DNA from: an uncultured Clostridiaceae bacterium
Lineage (GTDB): Bacteria > Bacillota > Clostridia > TANB77 > CAG-465
Assembly (NCBI GenBank): GCA_947381905.1
Contig: CANCXL010000009.1
Coordinates: 63-64,062, forward strand
Length of the DNA stretch: 64,000 nucleotides
Direction: 5' to 3'
A model generated the notes under the pieces. That model had not been told where the DNA came from, did not search any database, and was given only the letters and a program-made list of their open reading frames with translations. Shown here one piece after another: positions 17,217-28,374 of the stretch (its first letter is position 1; each line of letters starts with the position of its first letter). A program made the position numbers and the translations under genes.

Positions 17217-17966
17217 ATGAATTTGTTAAAGAGCACAATTGGAACGCTTTTAACAAAAGACAAGGAAGTGCAAGCTTTTGTAACAGGATATGATTATGAA
17301 ACTGGTAATATGATTGCACAAGTTAAGCAAAAGAGAGCAATTATAGCTCAGGACGATATTACTGTATATCAAAAGGATGATGAAATCCACCAATTATTAG
17401 GTACAACAGTAACTTGTACTGTGCTAGGGAAAAACGAAGATGATGAATTATTGCTTTCCAGAAAGATACAAATGCAAAAGAGAATACGTTCTCATAAAAA
17501 AGGAGATGTTGTAATAGGAACTGTTTACTCAGCTTCAGACAAAGCTCTATTTTTACATTTTGACGATGGTCTTAGTGGAAGGCTATATACAAACAAACTT
17601 ACTTCTGCGCAAGTAAAGAGACCTTTAGACATTTATAATGTCGGTGATCAAATAAAGTGTGTCATTACAAATGTGCATGAAGACGAAGGATACTTTGACT
17701 TATCTAGGCTTGACTTGTACAAACAGGTAAATCTAAATCTTCAAATTGGTAACATTATTAAATGTAGAGTTACTAAAAAAGAAGAACAAAACACTGGTTG
17801 GTATGTAGAAGTTCTTGCAAATCCTACATATAGTGGTATTTTTGATTTAAATAGATATAATCAAAATATCAATTTTAAACCTGGACAAATTGTTGATTTA
17901 CGTGTTATAAAATTTAAAAACAAAAATCAACTAAAGCTTCGTACTATTAGCAAAAATGAAGCATAA
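17217..17966 (+). CDS. S1 RNA-binding domain protein (about three S1/OB repeats; RpsA/CvfB-like)
   Basis: GDVVIGTV, GLSGRL, YNVGDQIKCVI...LSR S1-type motifs. Confidence 0.75.
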   Translation: MNLLKSTIGTLLTKDKEVQAFVTGYDYETGNMIAQVKQKRAIIAQDDITVYQKDDEIHQLLGTTVTCTVLGKNEDDELLLSRKIQMQKRIRSHKKGDVVIGTVYSASDKALFLHFDDGLSGRLYTNKLTSAQVKRPLDIYNVGDQIKCVITNVHEDEGYFDLSRLDLYKQVNLNLQIGNIIKCRVTKKEEQNTGWYVEVLANPTYSGIFDLNRYNQNINFKPGQIVDLRVIKFKNKNQLKLRTISKNEA

Positions 17967-18047
17967 AAGTGTTACATCTGTAACACTTTTTTCTTTTGCT
18001 TTTATTTAACATTTTTTACTATATTTCATATAATATTATATCTAGAG

Positions 18048-18377
18048 GTGTGTTATATGAATGATTTATGTGTTGATTTAGCTATAAGACAAAGAAAATG
18101 TCAAAATGGAATATCTCTTACTACAGATAACGTTTATACAAATGTTGAGGACAACGCAAACTTAATTTTATCTTATGGATATATTTTAAATATAGTATCT
18201 AAAAATACAAACGGTATTACTATATCTTTATTTAATGACAATCTATTAAATACAATTAAGTTTAATATTCCATATGATACATATAAGACTTTTGATCTTC
18301 CTCTTTACAATGGAACCTTTATTTTACTTGTTGGCGCAGTAAGAAATACATGCCCTTGTGCGACTATATTGAGGTGA
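18048..18377 (+). CDS. Small hypothetical Cys-containing protein (start probably ATG 18057)
   Basis: GAGGTG RBS; CATA---T box upstream. Confidence 0.65.
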   Translation: MCYMNDLCVDLAIRQRKCQNGISLTTDNVYTNVEDNANLILSYGYILNIVSKNTNGITISLFNDNLLNTIKFNIPYDTYKTFDLPLYNGTFILLVGAVRNTCPCATILR

Positions 18378-18381
18378 TGCT

Positions 18382-18660
18382 ATGAACATTAATTTACAAG
18401 TAATTGATACTTTTTGCTCAAATTGTCATAAAAATTCTATAGAAAAAAATTTAACTATAACCTCTTCTAATATGCAAGTTGAACTTCAAAATGGATATTC
18501 TTTATATGTTATAGATAACTTTCCATCTTATTTTACAGTACTTATACAAAATGGTAATTATGTAATTATACGAAACATATTATATAATGTTGAAACGAGT
18601 ATACTAATTCCATCAAAATGTACTCATATTGTATCGATTACAGGAGAACAAATTGCATAG
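18382..18660 (+). CDS. Small hypothetical Cys-containing protein
   Basis: GAGGTG RBS, 92 aa. Confidence 0.65.
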   Translation: MNINLQVIDTFCSNCHKNSIEKNLTITSSNMQVELQNGYSLYVIDNFPSYFTVLIQNGNYVIIRNILYNVETSILIPSKCTHIVSITGEQIA

Positions 18661-18681
18661 AAAAAAATTAGTGGTCTCCCA

Positions 18682-19143
18682 CTAATTTTTAAATGCATTT
18701 ATTTGTTTTTTAGCCTCTTTTTCTTTTAAAGACTCTCTTTTATCATATAGTTTTTTACCTTTACATATGCATAGCTCTACTTTAAACCATCTTCCCTTTG
18801 TATAAATTCTTGATGGAACTAAAGTATAACCACCTTGTTTTATATAGTTAAGTATTTTTAGTACTTCTTTTTTATGTAATAATAGTCTCCTATCTCTTAA
18901 AGGACTAACATTATAGATATTTCCATGTTCATAAGGACTAATATGCATATTTTTAAGCATAACTTCGTTATTTCTAACTAATGCAAAGCTATCCTTTAGG
19001 TTTGCCATACCATCTCTTATAGATTTTACTTCTGTTCCCTTTAATTCAATTCCGCATTCTATTTTATCTATTATATCATATTTAAAATTTATTTCTCTAT
19101 TTTTTATTTGTACATCGTTTTTGTTTACAAATTGTTTCTTCAT
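18682..19143 (-). CDS. smpB: SsrA-binding protein
   Basis: GIELKGTEVKSIR, R.RRLLLHKKE, GKKLYDKR. Confidence 0.97.
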   Translation of the reverse strand: MKKQFVNKNDVQIKNREINFKYDIIDKIECGIELKGTEVKSIRDGMANLKDSFALVRNNEVMLKNMHISPYEHGNIYNVSPLRDRRLLLHKKEVLKILNYIKQGGYTLVPSRIYTKGRWFKVELCICKGKKLYDKRESLKEKEAKKQINAFKN

Positions 19144-19154
19144 TTATTCTCCTA

Positions 19155-20744
19155 TTAGCTTTTTAAAGTCTCCTTTAATACTTTTTCATATAATTTATTA
19201 ATTTCAGTATTTTTTGTAGATAAATTTTTTAATTCATTCTTTAATAGATTATTTAGATTATTAAGTTCTAGCGCTGAATCTATATTATTCTCGTCAATAT
19301 ATTTTTGTAAGTTTTCTGGTAAATCTATATAAATATATTTTGTGTAATTAAAGATTTCATTATCTACCTTTACTCCTGAATCTATCTGGCCAATAACAGC
19401 TGACATTTTATCATTGCTATCCTTTAAAAGCATATTTATATTACTTGTATAAAAATTATATTCTCTTTTTATTGAATCTTTGTATTTTAAATATACTCCA
19501 TCAACTAACTTGCCATTTTCATCTACTTTATCTTTTCTTTCTTTTTCTAGCTCCTCTTTAGTTTTTTGTTTTTCTTCTTTCTCTTGTGAATCCTCTATGT
19601 TTTCTTTGTTTTCTTCTTTAGAGTCATCATTATTTTTTTGTTCTTTTTCTTTATTTAGCTCGTCTAATTTTTGTTTTACTTCCTCTTTATTTAATTTTAA
19701 ATAATCTAAAGTCGCATTTGAAGTTATTGGATATAAAACTTTAGTTTCTTCAGTACCATCTTCGTTTTTCTTAGAACTTGTTGAAGATTTAACATATTTT
19801 TCCATACTATCTACCATTGTCTTATATTCTGTAGAAACATTAGTAAGATATTTCTCGTAGTCCATGTTTTCTAATGCTTTTTCATATTTATCATTCACTT
19901 TAGTTCCTAGATCAATTATATCTGCTTCATTATTTAGGGAGTTTTTAACCAAATTATTTAAATCCTCTTCTAAAATAAGCGTATTTTTAGCATTGTTTTT
20001 TATATCAAATAATCTTGATGAAATCTCACCATATATTTTTTCTATTTCTGATACATCTTCACCTAAGAATTTTAGTTTTTTTATCTTATCTGCAATATTT
20101 TGTAAATTCTGTGTTACTTTCCTAGTTCTATCTTTTACATCATTAATATTTGCTTTTTTATCGTCACTTATATAATCTCTAAAAATATTATTAGTTTGTG
20201 TATCAATATAATCTTCAACACTATTTATTTGCGACAAGTATTGTATACATTTTATAAGTGTAAGCTTTGCTTGTGCTATTGGCATATCCTTATTTATTTT
20301 ATACTCTTTAGTAGACATTACAATAGCACCTAGATATGAGTCTGGTATTCTTATTGTTCTATCTTTTACAATATTTCTAATTGAGTATTTGTTTGCAACA
20401 TCAGATGTAGATATATCTTTTTTTACTCTTAATTTACTTTCAACAACTGATGTAAGTCCAAATATTGGTGCATCAACATTTAATCTTATAGCCGGATAAT
20501 AATCAAATTCTCTTTGCACCTTTAAATCATTTATTTTTTTATCTATGTTAATTATTTTAGTATTAATTTGCTCAATATACTCGTCAACTAATTTTAATAT
20601 AGTCTCTATTTCTTCTGTTTTAGTTTCATTACTATTGTTTTGTGTATCTTGCTCTATACTTTCCTCAGCAAATATAGTTGGAGACACTGTTGCTGTTAAA
20701 ATAGTTATAACTAGTGCTATGAATAAAAATCTAGTTTTTTTCAT
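19155..20744 (-). CDS. Hypothetical secreted coiled-coil protein
   Basis: Signal peptide; E/K-rich helical sequence. Confidence 0.7.
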   Translation of the reverse strand: MKKTRFLFIALVITILTATVSPTIFAEESIEQDTQNNSNETKTEEIETILKLVDEYIEQINTKIINIDKKINDLKVQREFDYYPAIRLNVDAPIFGLTSVVESKLRVKKDISTSDVANKYSIRNIVKDRTIRIPDSYLGAIVMSTKEYKINKDMPIAQAKLTLIKCIQYLSQINSVEDYIDTQTNNIFRDYISDDKKANINDVKDRTRKVTQNLQNIADKIKKLKFLGEDVSEIEKIYGEISSRLFDIKNNAKNTLILEEDLNNLVKNSLNNEADIIDLGTKVNDKYEKALENMDYEKYLTNVSTEYKTMVDSMEKYVKSSTSSKKNEDGTEETKVLYPITSNATLDYLKLNKEEVKQKLDELNKEKEQKNNDDSKEENKENIEDSQEKEEKQKTKEELEKERKDKVDENGKLVDGVYLKYKDSIKREYNFYTSNINMLLKDSNDKMSAVIGQIDSGVKVDNEIFNYTKYIYIDLPENLQKYIDENNIDSALELNNLNNLLKNELKNLSTKNTEINKLYEKVLKETLKS

Positions 20745-20818
20745 CTGTACACTCCTTTTTTCGTGATACTATTATACCATGTATTAAGTAATATGTAAAG
20801 TTTAGATATATGTATACT

Positions 20819-21688
20819 TTACTTAATATACTGCGAAAAATGAAAATCTTTAATAGATACATTTTCATATATCTCATTCATTAAATATATTATTTTATTA
20901 TATATTTTACTATTTCTTTTTAAATAGATCTCATTCTTACTTAATGTCATTAATTCTGCAAACATTTCTGCTCTATCTTCTTTTTCTGATGTTTTTGAAT
21001 ACTTTGTAAGAAAATATGCATTTTGATTTTCACTATTTGATAATACTTTATTATATACAAATTCATCTGTAAGCTTTGATATATCTTCTTGATACTTAAA
21101 TCCTGATGGATTATATGAATTCCAAGAATAATACAAATAATTTGTATTATCTGACATATAATACTCAATTATGTGAAAAAACTCATGATGAAATGCTCTT
21201 TCAAAGTTTATATCATTGCTTAAATATATCTTGTATTGATTCAAATTATTTTTTGATGCGAGTGCTATATTATTATCATTAAAACTTGATACAAGTATTA
21301 TACTAAGGCTATATTTCTTTTTAAAGATATCAAACATATCATCTGGATATTTTTTTAATGCTTTATATATTATTTTAATATTATTATTTACTATATTAAT
21401 ATCATATTGTACATTTGCATTAACCGACGTTATAGCTGATTTTTCTGTATCACCATATTCAATCATAATTCCATATTCATTTTTTAACTTATTTATATAA
21501 TATTTATTCTCTTGTTCAACACTACTTATTGTGTCTTTTTGATATAGTATTTCCTCAATACCAGAAGATATATCTAGTTCTTTATATAATAGCAAAGATA
21601 AACTAGCAATGCATGAGAATATAATTATATAAGTAAAAAGTGAAAGTTTTTTCCTTCTTATTCCTCTTCTTTGCATTTTATCCTCCAA
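20819..21688 (-). CDS. Membrane-anchored zincin-like metallopeptidase
   Basis: N-terminal TM, HEFFH (HExxH) and EDRAEMFA. Confidence 0.7.
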   Translation of the reverse strand: MEDKMQRRGIRRKKLSLFTYIIIFSCIASLSLLLYKELDISSGIEEILYQKDTISSVEQENKYYINKLKNEYGIMIEYGDTEKSAITSVNANVQYDINIVNNNIKIIYKALKKYPDDMFDIFKKKYSLSIILVSSFNDNNIALASKNNLNQYKIYLSNDINFERAFHHEFFHIIEYYMSDNTNYLYYSWNSYNPSGFKYQEDISKLTDEFVYNKVLSNSENQNAYFLTKYSKTSEKEDRAEMFAELMTLSKNEIYLKRNSKIYNKIIYLMNEIYENVSIKDFHFSQYIK

Positions 21689-22717
21689 TTAATCAAAATA
21701 TTCAATATTTAATGCTTTTAAAATATATTCATATGCTTCTATTTCTCTTTCTTGAAGCATTGTATTATATCCATCTAAAAATATGTACGATGATATTGAA
21801 TCTGTTTTATTATTTTTAGACTCTAATATTATTTTTATCTTATCTATCTCATTATTTTGATCTATAATTTGTATTTGGTTAATATAATCTACTATTTCCT
21901 TTGCATAATCTTCTATAACTCTTTTTTCTATATTATCTACAGATTTAGAAATAATTATATTTACTAGATTAACATTATCTATGCTTGCAACTAAAGTCGT
22001 ATTATCTGTATTAAGACTTTTTATTTTATCATTTATAATTTTAATTTTTGTGTTTTTACTTTGAACTAAATACTCATCTTGAATATTATTTATATCATTT
22101 ATATATACACTAAACTTCCCAGACTTTCCTTCTTTAGTATCCTCAACATTAAACACATAACTTGGATTTAATGAACATATATATCTAGAAGATATAATAT
22201 TAAATCTTGAACTTGATTTATACTCTTCTAAAAAGTAACTTTTTAAACTGTTTCTTGCTTTAAAATAATCTAAGTAATTTCCATAAAAAGTACTAGATAA
22301 GGCTATTCCTACTATTAACGATATAACAGATATAGTAGAACATATCATTCTTTCTCTTTTTATTTTCTTTGTTACTCTTTTTCTATTTTTATATAATCTA
22401 TATATTCTTTTTATGCTCCATCCAAATAGTTCACCTATTAAAACAAGAATTGTTATTTTAATAACAGACACTATATTATCATGAAGAATTTTAGGATTTC
22501 TCATTTGTAATATTAATATACTTAAAATACATGAAAAAAAACTAGTCATAGCTCTTTTTCCTAATGTTATTTGACCTAGTGTACCTATAATAATTCCAAT
22601 AGGAATCATTTTTATATATAAGTTATCTGATAACATAAGTATTACTAGTAGTATTAATACAACACTATATAGTACAGCTTCAATATATTTCTTTATTTCA
22701 TTATTTCTCTTTTTCAA
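21689..22717 (-). CDS. Hypothetical membrane protein
   Basis: Several N-terminal TM segments plus a soluble C-terminal domain. Confidence 0.7.
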   Translation of the reverse strand: MKKRNNEIKKYIEAVLYSVVLILLVILMLSDNLYIKMIPIGIIIGTLGQITLGKRAMTSFFSCILSILILQMRNPKILHDNIVSVIKITILVLIGELFGWSIKRIYRLYKNRKRVTKKIKRERMICSTISVISLIVGIALSSTFYGNYLDYFKARNSLKSYFLEEYKSSSRFNIISSRYICSLNPSYVFNVEDTKEGKSGKFSVYINDINNIQDEYLVQSKNTKIKIINDKIKSLNTDNTTLVASIDNVNLVNIIISKSVDNIEKRVIEDYAKEIVDYINQIQIIDQNNEIDKIKIILESKNNKTDSISSYIFLDGYNTMLQEREIEAYEYILKALNIEYFD

Positions 22718-22835
22718 GGTAATATCACCTCTAATAAATTATACAGTAAACAAAAAAATATATCAATTGCATTATGTTATTTTTTTACCATGAATATTTT
22801 TAAAAAATATAAATATAATATTGTGAGGTAAACAT

Positions 22836-23969
22836 ATGAATAAGATAAAAAAAATATTTTTTATTGTACTTTTATTTTATATACTAAATACTTATAATTT
22901 GAATGCCACAAATATAAACTCCCCCGCAGCAGTTGTAATTTGTGAAGATACAGGTAGAATCCTTTACAATAAAAATGCTAATGAGCAAAGAAAAATGGCC
23001 TCTTTAACAAAACTTATGACCTCTATTTTGCTCGTAGAAAATTGTAAAATGGATGAAAAAATAATAATAGATAAAAGAGCATGCTATGTTGGTGGATCAG
23101 AAGCGGGAATTAAGCCTAACGAAGAAATAACAGCAAAAGATCTGCTTTATGGTATGCTTCTTCCATCTGGTAATGATTGTGCATTAGAAACTGCATATCA
23201 CATAGGTGGTTCAGTAGAGGAATTTGCAACTCTTATGAATAATAAAGCAAATGAACTTGAACTAAAGTCTACTCATTTTGATAACCCACATGGATTAGAC
23301 TCAGATACCCACTACACTACTGCATATGAAATGGCTTTAATAGCAAGATATGCAAAAAAATATGAAGCAATTTCTAGTGCTGTATCAACTCTATCTACAA
23401 CAGTAAAATTTGGAAGCAGAGATGTTTACTTATCCAATACTAATGCTTTACTTAGAACATATAGTGGAGCAACAGGAATGAAAACTGGTTTTACTAATGG
23501 TGCAAATAGATGTCTAGTATCATCTGCAACAAGAGATAATTTAAATTTAATTGGTGTTATTCTTGGAAGCGATACTTCTAAAATTCGTTTTGAAGATTCA
23601 AAAGTTATATTAGATGAAACTTTTGAAAAATATAAATATATGGATATATCTAGTTTTTTAAATATATATATTAATATCCCAATAATTAAAGGTGTAAATA
23701 GCGATTATATCAAAAGTTATAGTAATGAGAAATATGAGGCACTTACAGATGAGGAATATTCTAAACTCTATGTATACGAAAATTTTATACAAAAAATAGA
23801 GGCACCAATGTACAAAGGAGATTATATTGGTACATATTCTCTAATGCTTGGTGAAGAAATACTTTATAAACAGGATTTTTACTTAGAAGAAGATATATTA
23901 AAAAAGAACACTTTTGACTACTTAAAATACATATTATCCAATATGTTTAATAAGTTAGAAAAAATATAG
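22836..23969 (+). CDS. D-alanyl-D-alanine carboxypeptidase (peptidase S11, DacB/DacF-like)
   Basis: ASLTKLMT, SGND, NPHGLD, KTG. Confidence 0.93.
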   Translation: MNKIKKIFFIVLLFYILNTYNLNATNINSPAAVVICEDTGRILYNKNANEQRKMASLTKLMTSILLVENCKMDEKIIIDKRACYVGGSEAGIKPNEEITAKDLLYGMLLPSGNDCALETAYHIGGSVEEFATLMNNKANELELKSTHFDNPHGLDSDTHYTTAYEMALIARYAKKYEAISSAVSTLSTTVKFGSRDVYLSNTNALLRTYSGATGMKTGFTNGANRCLVSSATRDNLNLIGVILGSDTSKIRFEDSKVILDETFEKYKYMDISSFLNIYINIPIIKGVNSDYIKSYSNEKYEALTDEEYSKLYVYENFIQKIEAPMYKGDYIGTYSLMLGEEILYKQDFYLEEDILKKNTFDYLKYILSNMFNKLEKI

Positions 23970-23970
23970 A

Positions 23971-24000
23971 ATAAAGGCTAGGTTTATTCCTAGCCTTTAT
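23971..24000. terminator. Bidirectional terminator between dac and pheT
   Basis: ATAAAGGCTAGG-N6-CCTAGCCTTTAT. Confidence 0.8.
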
Positions 24001-24004
24001 TATT

Positions 24005-26395
24005 TTACTCATTTATATAAATATCTTTTTGTTTTAATGCGTTTAATACAATTTCTCTTTCTTCATCTATTTGCTCTTTAGTAAGTGTTGTATCGTATGA
24101 GCCTATAGTAAATCTAATAGTAACAGTCTTCTTTCCTAGTAGTTTTTGTGCATCTTCATAAATATCTACTAATGTATATTCCATTAAATATTTCATATTT
24201 GACGCATCTACTATAGCTTTTATATCTGAATATTTTGTGTCTTTATCTACTATTAAAGATAAATCAAATGTTACTGTTTGATATTTAGATATCTCTTTGT
24301 AGTTTATGTCATGTTTTGCAATATCCCCTAATGTATCTATTCTTAATTCTGCTACAACAATTGAAGCTTTTGAATTAATTGCATCTTTTATTCTAGGATG
24401 AACTACACTAATATACCCAACAGAAATATTATTTACTATAATTTCAAAACTATTTACAGGATGCATCCAATTATTTTCCACTTCTTCAATGTTCTTGTAT
24501 TCAACATCCATATTTTTATTTATTTTAATAATACTATCAATCATAGTTTTTACTTCATATGCAAGTTCCTTTTCTGTATTTTTAGTACTAGCAACACCAA
24601 GACCTAATACCTTATATTCATTTGCATCTTTACCATCAAAATTATATTCAAAAGTACGTCCAACTTCAAATACTCTTACATCACTCATGTATTTCATATT
24701 TTTATTTATAGCATAAAGCATTGTTGGTGCCATCTCACGTCTTAATGTATTATCTAATCTTACTATACCATTTACAATTTTTAAGTTGTCTTTTACTTTT
24801 ATTCCTAATTCTTGATTCATTTCAGTATTATACCAAACATAGCTATGAACTTCGTTCATTCCATATTTAGAAGCAAGTAGCTCTTTTGCAGCATATTCAA
24901 GTTCTCTTGTTGGATCTTTTGCAACTGGAGTTATAGCCCAAAGATTTGTTTTAGGCTCTATATTGTCATATCCATGAATTCTTGCAATTTCCTCTATTAT
25001 ATCTGCTTTTTGTGATACATCTTTAGTTGCTCTAAATGTTGGCACTTCAATTGTAATATTATCTCCATCTACAGCAATATCATATTCTAAATTTCTTAAT
25101 GTTGTTGTAACCTCTTCCATAGATAATACTTTTCCTATTGCTCTATCTATATATGGTTTATCTATTTCAATTGTAATATGAGGATATCTTTCTATATAAA
25201 CATCAGTAAATCTTGATGTAACCTTGATATCTTTGTCTTCATCTTTAAGTACTTTAATAAATCTAGCTATTGCAAGTTCAGTAAGTTCTGGATCTAGTGT
25301 TTTTTCATAACGTGCAGCTGCATCTGTTCTTAAATCAATTTTACTTGCAGTTTTACGAATAGCTACAGCATCAAAGTTTGCTGATTCTAAGAAAAGTGTT
25401 GTTGTATCATCTTCAATCTCACTTGCAAGTCCACCCATAACACCAGCAATTGCTACAGGTTCTTTATCGTTATGAATCATTAAAGTTCCTTTATCTAATT
25501 TTCTTGCTTGACCATCTAAAGTTGTAAACTCTGCATCATCTTTTAGCACTTTAACTTCTACACTAGACACCATTCTATTATCAAAAGCATGCATTGGTTG
25601 ACCAAGTTCAAGCATTATATAGTTTGTCATATCTGCAAGGAGATTAATACTTCTCATTCCACAATAGAATAATCTTACTTTCATTTTCCAAGAAGCTTGT
25701 CTACGAGTTACATTTTCTACTCTCATAGCGCTATATCTTAAGCATAATTGTTTTTCATCTTGACATTCTACACCAATACTTAATTTTTCTAAATCTTTAT
25801 ATAAATCTAAATCCTCTATTTCAAGTGGTTTTAATTTTCTTCCAGTAATTGCTGCAATCTCTCTTGCGATTCCATAATGTCCCCATAAATCTGGTCTATT
25901 AGTTAAAGATTTATTATCTACCTCATAGATAATATCATCAATAGGAATGATATTTTTTACATCTTCTCCCACTTTTACATCATCATCAAAGATAATAATT
26001 CCAGAATGATCATCACTTATTCCAAGTTCTTTTTCAGAACAGCACATACCATTACTAATTTGTCCTGCAAGTGTTGCTTGACCAATTTTTTCTCCACCAA
26101 TTGTACTACCAACTTGTGCAAACGCAACTTTTGCTCCCACTCTTACATTTGGTGCGCCACAAATTACTTGTAATTTCTCTTTACCAGTATCTACCATAAG
26201 TTTATGTAGTTTTTTAGAATTTTCTACATTTTCTACACTCATTATTTGTGCTACAATTACTCCATTTACGTCTTGACCATGTTTTGTTATTCCTTCAACT
26301 TCTGCTGTTGACATTGTAAATTTATATATAAGTTTTTCTACATCGATTCCTTCCAAATCTACGAAATCTTTAATCCAATTAATTGATATATACAT
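24005..26395 (-). CDS. pheT: Phenylalanine-tRNA ligase beta subunit
   Basis: CGAPN, NRPDLWGHYGIARE, GQPMHAFD, DIIEEIARIHGY; follows pheS. Confidence 0.97.
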   Translation of the reverse strand: MYISINWIKDFVDLEGIDVEKLIYKFTMSTAEVEGITKHGQDVNGVIVAQIMSVENVENSKKLHKLMVDTGKEKLQVICGAPNVRVGAKVAFAQVGSTIGGEKIGQATLAGQISNGMCCSEKELGISDDHSGIIIFDDDVKVGEDVKNIIPIDDIIYEVDNKSLTNRPDLWGHYGIAREIAAITGRKLKPLEIEDLDLYKDLEKLSIGVECQDEKQLCLRYSAMRVENVTRRQASWKMKVRLFYCGMRSINLLADMTNYIMLELGQPMHAFDNRMVSSVEVKVLKDDAEFTTLDGQARKLDKGTLMIHNDKEPVAIAGVMGGLASEIEDDTTTLFLESANFDAVAIRKTASKIDLRTDAAARYEKTLDPELTELAIARFIKVLKDEDKDIKVTSRFTDVYIERYPHITIEIDKPYIDRAIGKVLSMEEVTTTLRNLEYDIAVDGDNITIEVPTFRATKDVSQKADIIEEIARIHGYDNIEPKTNLWAITPVAKDPTRELEYAAKELLASKYGMNEVHSYVWYNTEMNQELGIKVKDNLKIVNGIVRLDNTLRREMAPTMLYAINKNMKYMSDVRVFEVGRTFEYNFDGKDANEYKVLGLGVASTKNTEKELAYEVKTMIDSIIKINKNMDVEYKNIEEVENNWMHPVNSFEIIVNNISVGYISVVHPRIKDAINSKASIVVAELRIDTLGDIAKHDINYKEISKYQTVTFDLSLIVDKDTKYSDIKAIVDASNMKYLMEYTLVDIYEDAQKLLGKKTVTIRFTIGSYDTTLTKEQIDEEREIVLNALKQKDIYINE

Positions 26396-26407
26396 TTAAT
26401 GTTCCTC

Positions 26408-27436
26408 CTACTTAATATTCATTTGTTTTAGTACTCTAACATCACAAGAATTTAAAGCACGTAAATCATTTATATTGTATTTCATCATTGCAAGACGGCT
26501 AAGTCCAAGTCCAAATGCAAATCCTGAATATTCTTCTGGATCAATACCACCCATTCTTAATACATTTGGATGTATCATTCCACATGGGCATAATTCAATC
26601 CAAGAACCATTTTTACAAACTTTACATCCAACACCATCACAATATGGACATTTAATATCTAGTTCAAATCCTGGTTCAACAAATGGGAAAAATCCAGGTC
26701 TTAGTCTTACTTCAACATCCTTTTTAAATATTTCTGAAAGTAATGTCTTCATAAAATATATTAAATTAGATATTGATACATTTTTATCTATCATCATACC
26801 TTCCATTTGGAAAAATGTATTTTCGTGAGATGCATCTAAAGCCTCATTTCTAAAACATCTTCCTGGAAAAATAGCTTTAAGTGGAGCACCATATTTTAGC
26901 ATTATTTTATTTTGAGCAGCTGATGTTTGAGTCTTTAATAATTCTCCATTTTCAAGCCAGAAAGTATCTTGCATATCTCTTGCTGGATGATATTTTGGAA
27001 CATTAACTGCTTCAAAGTTGTTATATTCTGTTTCAACTTCATTTCCATCTTCAACAGTAAATCCCATACTTGAGAATATTTCTTCAAGCTCTCTTTGAAC
27101 AATTGTAATTGGATGAAGAGATCCAACTTTCTCCTCTGTAGGAATAGTTAAATCTATTTTTTCAGCATTTTTTATTTTATATTCATATTCTTTCTCTTTA
27201 AGTTCTGCTTTTTTAGCCTCAACTAGTTCTTCTATTTCTACTCTTAATTTATTTGCTTTCTCTCCCACTTCTTTTCTTTTAGAAGCTTCAACATTTTTTA
27301 GATTTTTAAGAATATCTATAACTTCTCCTTTTTTTCCTAAATATTCTACACGAATATTTTCTACGTCTGCAGCACTTTTTATCTTATTCATTTTTTCTTT
27401 AACTTGTGCTCTAAGTAATGATAGTTTTTCTTCCAT
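26408..27436 (-). CDS. pheS: Phenylalanine-tRNA ligase alpha subunit (start at ATG 27436 after AGGAGG)
   Basis: HPARDMQDTF, FFPFVEPG, GFAFGLG. Confidence 0.97.
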   Translation of the reverse strand: MEEKLSLLRAQVKEKMNKIKSAADVENIRVEYLGKKGEVIDILKNLKNVEASKRKEVGEKANKLRVEIEELVEAKKAELKEKEYEYKIKNAEKIDLTIPTEEKVGSLHPITIVQRELEEIFSSMGFTVEDGNEVETEYNNFEAVNVPKYHPARDMQDTFWLENGELLKTQTSAAQNKIMLKYGAPLKAIFPGRCFRNEALDASHENTFFQMEGMMIDKNVSISNLIYFMKTLLSEIFKKDVEVRLRPGFFPFVEPGFELDIKCPYCDGVGCKVCKNGSWIELCPCGMIHPNVLRMGGIDPEEYSGFAFGLGLSRLAMMKYNINDLRALNSCDVRVLKQMNIK

Positions 27437-27461
27437 CAAAAATTCCTCCTTAAAAAACATG

Positions 27462-27725
27462 TAAAAAAAGTCATTTCAATCCTAAAACATAGGACGAAAT
27501 GACTTTAAATTCCGCGTTACCACCTAAATTCACTTGATTATATCAAATGCTCTCTTAAGCTATTACGGGCATACCCGCTTATCCCTACTTATTTTACTGT
27601 TCAAGACAAGACCTCCAAAGTGAAATTTCAGTAATAGTATATTAGTATGCTTTCAGCCGGTGACATACCTCTCTTACAATATATTCCCTATTACCTACTT
27701 TGCTTTATCATAGGTTTTATGTATT
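27462..27725 (-). promoter_or_regulatory. T-box riboswitch (Phe)
   Basis: T-box AATTTAGGTGGTAACGCGG (27512-27530), specifier TTC (27622-27624), terminator, and promoter TTGACA-N17-TATAAT at 27736-27764. Confidence 0.93.
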
Positions 27726-27804
27726 CATGATTTGAATTATACCATATGAATATTTGTTTGTCAATGGCATATTAAAGTAGATTATATAAGTTTCAGACGA
27801 AATA

Positions 27805-28374
27805 TTATAATGTCTTAATTATATCACAAAAGCAACCAGCAAGCTTTTCTAAATCAAATTCTTTACTTTTAGGATATCTATATTTATTATTTATCTCAAT
27901 TTGAAATGAAGGAATTTTACACTTTTGTGCAACAAATGTACTCATACAATTTTTATTACTTGCGCTAAAAGGTACATCTACTGTTGTATTGATATATCCT
28001 GCCTCTTTAAACTTTGTAATAATTATATTAAGTATATCTTCTCTTCCATTTAAATTTTTTCCAAATGCTGTCCCAATACATATATCTTCTTCTCTATTAT
28101 AATTCATACCATGAATGTCTATAAAAAGTTTAACATCATTTTCTTTAATAAAATTTAGCACTTTTGTCTTATAATTGCTGTTTTCATCTAAATTTGCATC
28201 TTCATTTAAAGACTCTGTTTTATATATAATACTTACATCAATTTTATCTTTTATTTTCTTTATTAATGTATCAGTATTTATTTCATGGGCTTTAACTTTA
28301 CCATCTCTTAGATGATCTACACAATGTGGTGCAGAAAACAGTACTTTTATATCTCCTTTTTCTAATTCTTCCAT
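27805..28374 (-). CDS. N-formylglutamate amidohydrolase-like / Zn-hydrolase fold protein
   Basis: SAPH, E.NT, IDIHG, QIEIN motifs. Confidence 0.65.
   Translation of the reverse strand: MEELEKGDIKVLFSAPHCVDHLRDGKVKAHEINTDTLIKKIKDKIDVSIIYKTESLNEDANLDENSNYKTKVLNFIKENDVKLFIDIHGMNYNREEDICIGTAFGKNLNGREDILNIIITKFKEAGYINTTVDVPFSASNKNCMSTFVAQKCKIPSFQIEINNKYRYPKSKEFDLEKLAGCFCDIIKTL

Noticed and set aside
18682-19143. tmRNA gene next to smpB
   Set aside because: No GGGG...TCCACCA tRNA-like ends and no intergenic space nearby
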